Part shown: positions 1 to 6,349 of the stretch, in pieces | Numbering within the stretch: position 1 is the stretch's first letter | Layout: every line of letters starts with the position of its first letter | NCBI GenBank assembly: GCA_964457525.1 | Contig: CAYWGS010000040.1 | Span: 1 to 12,571 of the forward strand | Direction: 5' to 3' | DNA from: an uncultured Erysipelotrichaceae bacterium | GTDB taxonomy: Bacteria; Bacillota_I; Bacilli_A; Erysipelotrichales; Erysipelotrichaceae | DNA: 12,571 nucleotides | Translations under genes and position numbers: made by a program | The notes under the pieces: model-generated | Database searches by the model: none | Told to the model about the DNA's origin: nothing | What the model saw: only the letters and a program-made list of their open reading frames with translations

Positions 1-111
1 GGACATGGAAGTTCTCCTGTTAATGAAGGTTTGGTCACTAACATTTTACTGGATGGACTTCCCATATTCAAAGACCTTCGTCCTCTTAGTTTGGTGGACG
101 TTTACACATAA
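1..111 (+). CDS. Probable 3' end of an unidentified CDS entering from the left edge (36 codons + TAA)
   Basis: Frame 1 is open from base 1 to TAA at 109-111 (GHGSSPVNEGLVTNILLDGLPIFKDLRPLSLVDVYT*). Third codon positions are mostly A/T, like the confident genes here and unlike the competing open frame 2..157. No motif recognised; product unknown. Confidence 0.3.
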   Translation, partial: GHGSSPVNEGLVTNILLDGLPIFKDLRPLSLVDVYT

Positions 112-115
112 TATT

Positions 116-376
116 TTATACTCTCCCCTTAGCATATCGTTCTTTAATAATCTCTAAAGATTTATTAACAGAAATCTCTTTAGAGTTCTTTGAATGAACA
201 ATTGTTTTGACTGCCCATATAACTAAGATAAATAAAGCCACTATCACAAGAACTCTAAATGTCATTCCTATCCACATATATCCGCTTCCCATATGTGAAC
301 CAAATTGAGAATAACGATCAAATCCTGATCCAAATTGTGAATATTGGTCAAATCCATTAAAATAGCCTCGCATCAT
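116..376 (-). CDS. Small single-pass membrane protein, DUF2078/SHOCT-like with a shortened C-terminal motif
   Basis: 86-codon ORF with SD-like GAAGGG 7-8 nt upstream of tandem ATG ATG. One hydrophobic helix (MWIGMTFRVLVIVALFILVIWAV). The G/F/Y/S-rich N-terminus carries a duplicated decapeptide GFD(Q/R)YSQFGS. The C-terminus SLEIIKERYAKG matches the first half of the SHOCT motif (..LEILKERYAKGEIskEEye.., from memory) but ends G-R-V-stop. Confidence 0.55.
   Translation of the reverse strand: MMRGYFNGFDQYSQFGSGFDRYSQFGSHMGSGYMWIGMTFRVLVIVALFILVIWAVKTIVHSKNSKEISVNKSLEIIKERYAKGRV
300..359 (-). repeat. 30-bp tandem duplication (2 copies) inside the small membrane protein gene
   Basis: 300-329 CCAAATTGAGAATAACGATCAAATCCTGAT versus 330-359 CCAAATTGTGAATATTGGTCAAATCCATTA. 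By hand alignment 22 of 30 positions are identical (22 of the first 26). In-frame, encoding SGFDRYSQFG / NGFDQYSQFG on the minus strand. Confidence 0.8.
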
Positions 377-396
377 CGCATAACCCTTCTTTCTAG

Positions 397-412
397 CTTT
401 GCTTAAGCAAAG
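397..412. promoter_or_regulatory. Perfect 16-bp palindrome CTTTGCTTAAGCAAAG between the HAD gene stop and the small membrane protein start (operator or 5'-UTR hairpin candidate)
   Basis: Perfect dyad centred on TT|AA at 404/405. On the minus strand it begins right after a TATACT -10-like hexamer (complement of 411-416) and ends ~20 nt before the ATG at 376. No flanking T-tract on either strand, so it is not a canonical terminator. The sequence is certain; the function is not. Confidence 0.35.
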
Positions 413-446
413 TATAGAATTTAATTATGTCGAAAGTGTGACGAAA

Positions 447-1256
447 CTATTGTATTTGCATGACATTTTGAATCGCGTATGCCACTCCATCTTCTTCATT
501 ACTCAAACTAATAAACTGAGCTCTAGATTTAATGTAATCATCGGATTGACCCATCGCAACACCTAATCCTGCGAATTCAATCATACTTAAATCGTTGTAG
601 TTATCGCCTATTGCCATAACGTCTTTTACATCAATATTTAATGTTTTAGATAGATAATCTAAACTAGATCCTTTATTGGTATCCTTAACAATAATCTCTA
701 AATAAAATGGTGCAGATTTCACAAAATCAACTTGACCTAAAAAGGGTTCTTTTATTAATTCAAGATATTGATCAATGATTGCTGGTTCAGCACTTAATAA
801 GATCTTATTGGGTTGATAATCTAAGAAATCAACGAGCGAATCTACTACAACCAAGTTCATGTGATTCATATCTGCTTCGCCTTGAACATGATATCCATTC
901 GGATTCTCAACGATCAAGTCTTTCTTACGACTCAGGATTGCGGATACTGGAAATTGTTTTACATGTTTTAGAATCGATTGTGCTAATTCTAATTCAATCG
1001 TTCTTTCAAATAGAATTGAATAATCTTCTGATTTCGCAACAACAGCACCATTAAAGCCCATTAAATAATGATTCTTTGGATTAATCTCTAATTGCTTAAA
1101 CACATCAAAAAGACCACTTAAGGGTCTTCCAGATGCGAGTGCGATTTGTACTCCTTGATCAACAGCTTTTTGGATAACTTCTTTATTCTTTTGACTTAAT
1201 TCATGTTTACTATTTAATAATGTTCCATCGACATCGATGGCAATAAGTTTAATCAT
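447..1256 (-). CDS. Cof-type HAD-IIB family hydrolase (sugar-phosphate phosphatase-like)
   Basis: Start set at ATG 1254-1256 (MIKLIAIDVDGTLL), preceded by an AGAGGT SD. The 21 extra codons of the track ORF overlap the upstream gene. HAD motif I DxDGT (IDVDGTLL), motif IV GDNYNDLSM, and a long Cof/YidA-type cap between them; 269 aa. Confidence 0.9.
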   Translation of the reverse strand: MIKLIAIDVDGTLLNSKHELSQKNKEVIQKAVDQGVQIALASGRPLSGLFDVFKQLEINPKNHYLMGFNGAVVAKSEDYSILFERTIELELAQSILKHVKQFPVSAILSRKKDLIVENPNGYHVQGEADMNHMNLVVVDSLVDFLDYQPNKILLSAEPAIIDQYLELIKEPFLGQVDFVKSAPFYLEIIVKDTNKGSSLDYLSKTLNIDVKDVMAIGDNYNDLSMIEFAGLGVAMGQSDDYIKSRAQFISLSNEEDGVAYAIQNVMQIQ

Positions 1257-1266
1257 TTTACCTCTT

Positions 1267-2163
1267 CTAGCGAAGAATTTGTTGGCCAGAAGCCAAATAA
1301 ATCTCGTACCATTCTTCAAGTTCCAGATTTATTTGTAACGCATTTATGGCATTTTGTAAACGAGAAATTTTTTGCGAACCACAAATCACCATTCCTTTGA
1401 CTGGATGTTTAAGTAACCAAGCATAAACAATGGTATCTGTACTGGTTTGATACTTGTTTGCGATTCGTTCTAAGACACGTCGTAAATTAACAACATTCTC
1501 ATCATTTGATGTAAAGATATTCCCTCCATTTAAAGGCGACCAAAACATGGGATGAACATTGTATTTCTGTAATACATCCATCATTCCTGAATTGAAATGT
1601 TCGAACTGCAGAGGGGATACTTCTATTTGATTCGTGACACACTGATCATTGCTTAGTGTATGAAATGCATCAAACTTAAATGGATCATAGTTACATACAC
1701 CATAGGATCTAATACACCCTTCCGTAATTAACTCATCAAATGCACGAACCGCATCCGCATGATTAAAGAAAGGATCTTCACGATGAATTAAATAGACATC
1801 GATATAAGTTGTATTTAGTTTCTTTAGACTTGAGTAACAAGATGATTTAATCTTCTCATAGGATGTCTCATAATGCTTGATGATGTAAGGTTTATTTGGG
1901 TTAAGTTTATTAATCCCTGTTTTCGTAATAATCTGTATTTTTGATCTAAAACTTGGATCTAGAGCTAATGCTTGACCCAATAAAGTTTCACTCTGATAAT
2001 TGCCATAAATCTCAGCCGTATCAAAACTTGTAACTCCAAGTTCAACACATTGCTTCATGAAATCAAGTAAGTCTTGTGGGCTAAAATCCCAGGTATGTAA
2101 ACGCCAGAAACCTTGAATAATACGCGATAACTTTACATGATTATTTAATTGAATAATTTCCAT
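1267..2163 (-). CDS. Aldo/keto reductase family oxidoreductase (E. coli YdhF-like)
   Basis: 298 aa with a strong SD AAGGAGG directly upstream (complement of ~2167-2173). AKR catalytic context is visible: DTAEIYG (Asp, Tyr), IITKTG (Lys), YLIHREDP (His). The N-terminal GFWRLHTWDF...GVTSFDTAEIYGNYQSE..LGQAL resembles YdhF-type AKRs, from memory. Confidence 0.88.
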   Translation of the reverse strand: MEIIQLNNHVKLSRIIQGFWRLHTWDFSPQDLLDFMKQCVELGVTSFDTAEIYGNYQSETLLGQALALDPSFRSKIQIITKTGINKLNPNKPYIIKHYETSYEKIKSSCYSSLKKLNTTYIDVYLIHREDPFFNHADAVRAFDELITEGCIRSYGVCNYDPFKFDAFHTLSNDQCVTNQIEVSPLQFEHFNSGMMDVLQKYNVHPMFWSPLNGGNIFTSNDENVVNLRRVLERIANKYQTSTDTIVYAWLLKHPVKGMVICGSQKISRLQNAINALQINLELEEWYEIYLASGQQILR

Positions 2164-2177
2164 AACTCCTCCTTATG

Positions 2178-2201
2178 AAAAAAGTGTACTCTCGTACACT
2201 T
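2178..2201 (-). terminator. Candidate rho-independent terminator after the truncated kinase gene
   Basis: Minus-strand RNA reads AAGUGUAC-GAGA-GUACACUU followed by UUUU (8-bp stem 2182-2189/2194-2201, 4-nt loop, A-run 2178-2183 on the plus strand). The stem is short and partly A/U, and the next gene's SD starts only a few nt after the T-tract. Confidence 0.5.
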
Positions 2202-2230
2202 ATTACTTCTTAGATAAATACTTACGAATA

Positions 2231-3586
2231 TCAATCGCAACAGCCATTACGATAACGAATCTGTTGTATGACTAAGTAGTTTCGTATATGTTCGATTTCA
2301 TCCTTTAGTTCAACTAGATTCATTTCACTCGAAATACTCATTCTAAAGAATTTAGATAAGGCAATAATCGCTAGTTCTACATCCTTATTACGATTGTTCT
2401 CACTCAATGCGACAATAGAATCTAACGTGTTGTATAAGAAGTGTGGATTGATTTGATTCTGCAGTGCGATAAAATGTGTCTTACGTTTTTCATTCTGTTC
2501 ATCTAGAACCTTTATCATCAACTCTTTAACTTTATCAGACATATTGTTAAAGGCATCCGCTAATAACAATACTTCTTTTTGACCTTCCACATGTACGCGT
2601 GTATCAAAATCACCTTGTTCAATTAAGGTAATATGCTTCTTTAATTTATTCATTGGATTTGTTATACGACGAGAGAAGATATAGGATGTTATCGCAACCG
2701 CAATCAATGTACCTAAGAAGATAAAGATCATTTGAATCAAGATCTCTGTTTTCATTGTGACGATTTCATTGACGTTAATAAATGTCGCAATCTTCCAACG
2801 TGTATCTTTAATCGTATTGACATTGACATACATGTTTAGATCATTCAATTTAACAAGTTTTCCACCTAAGACGATACTCTGTGCAATGATTGCACTATCA
2901 CATACACGACTCGTACATTCTGGATTAGATGAATAGATCAAGCCATTTGTTTGATCGGTTATGATAATATGACCTGCTTCTCCTAAGTTTGTTTGTGCCG
3001 CAAGTGTTTTAAAGTTACTGGTATTAATATCAATCATTAATACCCCATTCACTGTTTCGTTATTCTTTATGTATTGTACCGATTTAGAGATTGTGACTAC
3101 TTCATCGGTCCCATTTAACACAATGTTCTCGGTATGAAGTCCACTGAAATGATGGATATCTACCATCTGCATTGCTTGCTTAAACCAATCAATATCCGCA
3201 ATTCGAGGATTTATTCCATTACTAATACTGCTTGATACAACTTGGCCATATTCACTGAGTAAGGCTACACTACGAATGTTTTTTTCAATATTGGTTGTTG
3301 CGACAAACAATCGATTTAATTCTTCTATATTCCCTTTCTCTGTATATTCCACAATATATCCCTGTAATGAGTTTGAAATATCAATCACATTACTAAGGTA
3401 GTTCTCATAATTCATGATGACTTGTTTATTGATTTCTTTAGACGTAGATTCAATCAATTTATCGGTACGTGTAAAAATGATTTGGTTGGTTGTTACGGTT
3501 GCCAACATCAAAATCGCTCCTACAATCGCAATAGAAATGATAAAAATCATTTGTCCTATCGATAAATCAGTCAACTTTTTGATCAT
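2231..3586 (-). CDS. YesM-type sensor histidine kinase, C-terminally truncated (HAMP + His-kinase phosphoacceptor region present, no HATPase_c domain); possible pseudogene
   Basis: Start set at ATG 3584-3586 (MIKKLTDLSIGQ..) with SD AAGGAG 7 nt upstream, overlapping the regulator stop by 20 nt. Two TM helices flank a ~250-aa sensor region. HAMP-like RRITNPMNKLKKHITLIEQGDFDTRV..AFNNMSDKV, then the PF06580-type block LQNQINPHFLYNTLDSI...EIEHIRNYLVIQQIRYRN, then stop (GCCD*). Product is 451 aa, with no ATP-binding boxes. Confidence 0.8.
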   Translation of the reverse strand: MIKKLTDLSIGQMIFIISIAIVGAILMLATVTTNQIIFTRTDKLIESTSKEINKQVIMNYENYLSNVIDISNSLQGYIVEYTEKGNIEELNRLFVATTNIEKNIRSVALLSEYGQVVSSSISNGINPRIADIDWFKQAMQMVDIHHFSGLHTENIVLNGTDEVVTISKSVQYIKNNETVNGVLMIDINTSNFKTLAAQTNLGEAGHIIITDQTNGLIYSSNPECTSRVCDSAIIAQSIVLGGKLVKLNDLNMYVNVNTIKDTRWKIATFINVNEIVTMKTEILIQMIFIFLGTLIAVAITSYIFSRRITNPMNKLKKHITLIEQGDFDTRVHVEGQKEVLLLADAFNNMSDKVKELMIKVLDEQNEKRKTHFIALQNQINPHFLYNTLDSIVALSENNRNKDVELAIIALSKFFRMSISSEMNLVELKDEIEHIRNYLVIQQIRYRNGCCD

Positions 3587-5165
3587 TACGATACTCCTTC
3601 GGTGAGGTTCCTGTATATTTCTTGAAGCTATAACTAAAGTAGTACACATCGTTATAACCCACTAAGGTAGCGATTTCATAGATTTTCGCATGACTAAACT
3701 TCAAAAGTTCTTTTGCCTTTTCCATGCGTAATTTAACTAAATATTTGTTAAAACTCGTATCAAGCATCTTTTTAAATAAAGTACTTAGGTAAGAAATACT
3801 AATGCCCAACTCATCGCATACTGTATCCATACTCATGAGTGGATCCGCATAGTTATTTTGTAAGAAAAGTACTGCTTCTTCTAAGACCTGATTTGCGGAA
3901 GTTTGTGATTTATGAATATTGAGTTCTCGAATATCGAATACGAGTTTCTTAAGGTATTCAAACATCGAGGATAATTGAGTAAAACTGGATAGTTTCTCAA
4001 ATAGATCGGTCTCAACTAAATCACTCAGTTCAACATGTAAACTGTTCGCAAATTCAATAAAGATGTGTGCTAGGTTCACTAAGTAATATTGTTTATTGAG
4101 CAAATAATCCTCAGAAATATCATTATTCTTTATCAAGTTCGCAAATAAGGTATCGACTTCTTGTTTAGATCCAAATTTAATGGTGTAACTAATATCATCG
4201 ATTTCTTCTTTGGTTAACTTTAAATCAACCCGTTTACGTGTAGCGATATCCTTATAATATATAATGGTTCCAATGTTTAAATAATTACTATAGGATAATG
4301 CTTTCTTAGCTTGTAAAACACTATTTGAGAAGAGTTTAAAGTCATTGAATGTTTCAGATACACCAATTAATACTCGGATATTTGAGAATTGTTTCTTCGT
4401 TAAAATGACGTCATATAATCTTGTTTCGATGACTTTTACATCATCGGTATCTTGATGGATGACGAAAATCAGTCCAAATCCACTATTGATGTAATATATC
4501 TTATATTCTGAGAACTTCTTCTTAAGTAAATTGAGTAAGAAGATGCGTAAATATTCGATCTCTAAGAAATCAGAATCTGAATCAATTTCTATAATTCCAA
4601 CCGTAAAATATCCTTTGGTTAAATCAATATCAAAGATCTTGAATCGTTGTAAATCCGAATCATTGATACTGGAGTAATGTAAAAGTGTATTAAACTGATT
4701 CTCAATCAATGCGGGTAAATTCTCTTTATAGATATCATCCAATCGACCTTGATTAAAGACTGCTTGGTATTCTTCATCCAATCGGTTTTTAAGTTTATTT
4801 AAGAAGTGTACAATTTCTTCTTCTGTGATGGGTTTGGATAAATAGCTCACCACATCCAGTTCTATTGCCTCTTTTGCATATGCAAATTCATCGTATCCGG
4901 AAATGAATGCGATTTTCGTTTTGGGATGTTCCGTGCGGATGATATTTGCTAATTGAATCCCATCGACGAATGGCATACGAATATCCGTAATCACCACATC
5001 GGGTTTAAGACGTTCGATGAAATCAATCGCGTCATAACCATTGGAGGCTTGTCCAATGATTTCGAATCCCATATCGGTTGGGATTTTAGATATAATACGT
5101 TTTCTGACTTCTTCTTCGTCATCAACGAGTACAATCGTATAATCTTTTTTCATTTGTTCTTCCAT
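3567..5165 (-). CDS. Response regulator transcription factor, REC + AraC-type HTH (YesN-like)
   Basis: Receiver residues are visible: LVDDEEE, phospho-acceptor context DVVITDIRMPFVDG, YLSKPI. The C-terminal AraC HTH_18-like region reads LGISISYLSTLFKK...IYEIATLVGYNDVYYFSYSFKKYTGTSPKEYR. Start is uncertain: ATG 5163-5165 (MEEQMKKDY..) or ATG 5151-5153 (MKKDY..), both with weak SD. The track start at 5234 has no SD and would cover a TATAAT box. Confidence 0.85.
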   Translation of the reverse strand: MEEQMKKDYTIVLVDDEEEVRKRIISKIPTDMGFEIIGQASNGYDAIDFIERLKPDVVITDIRMPFVDGIQLANIIRTEHPKTKIAFISGYDEFAYAKEAIELDVVSYLSKPITEEEIVHFLNKLKNRLDEEYQAVFNQGRLDDIYKENLPALIENQFNTLLHYSSINDSDLQRFKIFDIDLTKGYFTVGIIEIDSDSDFLEIEYLRIFLLNLLKKKFSEYKIYYINSGFGLIFVIHQDTDDVKVIETRLYDVILTKKQFSNIRVLIGVSETFNDFKLFSNSVLQAKKALSYSNYLNIGTIIYYKDIATRKRVDLKLTKEEIDDISYTIKFGSKQEVDTLFANLIKNNDISEDYLLNKQYYLVNLAHIFIEFANSLHVELSDLVETDLFEKLSSFTQLSSMFEYLKKLVFDIRELNIHKSQTSANQVLEEAVLFLQNNYADPLMSMDTVCDELGISISYLSTLFKKMLDTSFNKYLVKLRMEKAKELLKFSHAKIYEIATLVGYNDVYYFSYSFKKYTGTSPKEYRNDQKVD

Positions 5166-5320
5166 TTCATTAACTCTTCTAAGCGCTATCATTCTTATTA
5201 TAAGCGAAGTTAAAAGTTTAGCGTACAATTCCATGAAGATTGTTAATTATTCTATCTTTTTTATGTTTTTTTACAAATTTTGTTTAGAATGATAATGATA
5301 TACTTTAATCGGAGAACACT
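5166..5320. promoter_or_regulatory. Divergent intergenic control region between the two-component operon and the galM-kinase operon
   Basis: This is the only long non-coding stretch between oppositely oriented operons. Minus-strand candidate: TATAAT (complement of 5197-5202), ~30 nt upstream of the regulator start. Plus-strand candidates: TTTACA (5270-5275), extended -10-like TGATATACT (5296-5304), tandem AATGAT AATGAT (5288-5299), and SD GGAG (5311-5314). The plus-strand -35/-10 spacing is non-canonical, so the exact promoters are unresolved. Confidence 0.45.
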
Positions 5321-6349
5321 ATGATAACGATTACAACTTATAACGATAACGAGACTATTAAGCTTTTTACTTTAGAGAATGAAGGATTGAAAGTAGTGAT
5401 ATCACAATATGGGGCAATGATTAAATCTATTTTTGTGAAATCACTTCAAAGAGAAACCGTTTGTGGTTTGAACACTTACAAAGATGATTTGGAACAAACT
5501 TCGTACTTAGGTTCCGCCATTGGACGTGTAGGAAATCGAATTGCATATGGTAAGTTTAGTTTAAATGATAAGGAATATCATCTTCCGATCAATAATGGGC
5601 ATCATCATTTACATGGTGGGTTAAAAGGCTTTGATAAACAAGTTTTTGAGTATCAAATTTTGGATGATAAACTCATAATGACGTATACCTCTAAGGATGG
5701 TGAAGAAGGCTATCCTGGTAATTGTACTTTAACATTGACTTATCACTTGGAAGAATCTTCCCTTGTGTTAGAAACATCAGGTGTGTGTGACCAAGATACC
5801 TTGTTTGATCCAACGCAACATACCTACTTCAATTTGAATGAAAGTAAATCACCGATTTTGAATCATCACCTTAAATTGAACAGTGAGTTTATGTATTGTA
5901 TCGACGAAAGTGGTGTTACCTATAATAAGGTTCTAAATACGAATGATACATTATTTGATTTTTCTAAGAGTAAACTCATTTCTGAGTGTTTAAGTGGATC
6001 ACATATTCAGTTGGAACGAAACCTTGGAGTTGATAATTACTTCCTTAAGAAAGATCAAACCAATCCATTTATGGTTGAAATGCGTGTGAATGATTTGGTC
6101 TTAAGTATTTATACAACGCATCCTGGTGCACATGTCTATACAGGTAATTATTTAGAACCGCTTAATAATGGGTCTTTCTATCCTTTCTTTGTTAAGAATG
6201 GGGGAATCTGTTTTGAAACCCAACATGTTCCAAACAGTATTAACTTTGATCACTCTTTAGCACCAATCTTAAAAGCAAATCAAACGGTCACATCACGTAC
6301 CGTCTATCACTATAAAAAAGGAGAAACACATGGAAATCACAACATTTAA
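5321..6349 (+). CDS. galM: Aldose 1-epimerase (galactose mutarotase family)
   Basis: 342 aa; SD GGAG 6 nt upstream. Family blocks: GSAIGRVGNRIAYGKFSLNDKEYHL, HHLHGGLKGFDKQVF, PTQHTYFNL, GICFETQHVPNS. The catalytic His/His/Glu contexts of mutarotases are all present. Confidence 0.9.
   Translation: MITITTYNDNETIKLFTLENEGLKVVISQYGAMIKSIFVKSLQRETVCGLNTYKDDLEQTSYLGSAIGRVGNRIAYGKFSLNDKEYHLPINNGHHHLHGGLKGFDKQVFEYQILDDKLIMTYTSKDGEEGYPGNCTLTLTYHLEESSLVLETSGVCDQDTLFDPTQHTYFNLNESKSPILNHHLKLNSEFMYCIDESGVTYNKVLNTNDTLFDFSKSKLISECLSGSHIQLERNLGVDNYFLKKDQTNPFMVEMRVNDLVLSIYTTHPGAHVYTGNYLEPLNNGSFYPFFVKNGGICFETQHVPNSINFDHSLAPILKANQTVTSRTVYHYKKGETHGNHNI

Noticed and set aside
2-157. Alternative open frames at the left edge. 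One is frame 2 (DMEVLLLMKVWSLTFYWMDF...NNL*, ATG at 5). The other is a minus-strand ORF starting at ATG ~66 and running out of the window (MGSPSSKMLVTK..).
   Set aside because: Frame 2 has G/C-rich third positions unlike the real genes here, and it would overlap the small membrane protein gene by ~40 nt. The minus-strand ORF has only a weak, distant SD. Frame 1 fits codon composition better, but even that call is low confidence.
779-1054. Track ORFs lying antisense or out of frame inside confident genes: 779-1054(+), 3414-3605(+), 4953-5213(+), 7024-7206(+), 9630-9830(+), 11655-11837(-), 12110-12418(-).
   Set aside because: Each lies wholly within a motif-supported gene and has no SD. The translations are low-complexity or odd in composition, and no family motif is present. 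They are typical shadow ORFs of AT-rich DNA.
1257-1319. N-terminal extensions of track ORFs: HAD 1257-1319, kinase 3587-3649, regulator 5166-5234.
   Set aside because: The extensions overlap upstream genes or a promoter-like TATAAT and lack SD sequences. They precede internal ATGs that have good SDs and align with the expected domain starts.
3567-3586. Two gene pairs (regulator/kinase 3567-3586 and galM/kinase 6330-6349) each overlap by exactly 20 nt.
   Set aside because: Out-of-frame overlaps with an SD inside the upstream gene are a common translational-coupling arrangement. The identical length is most likely coincidence, and there are no slippery or frameshift signals.
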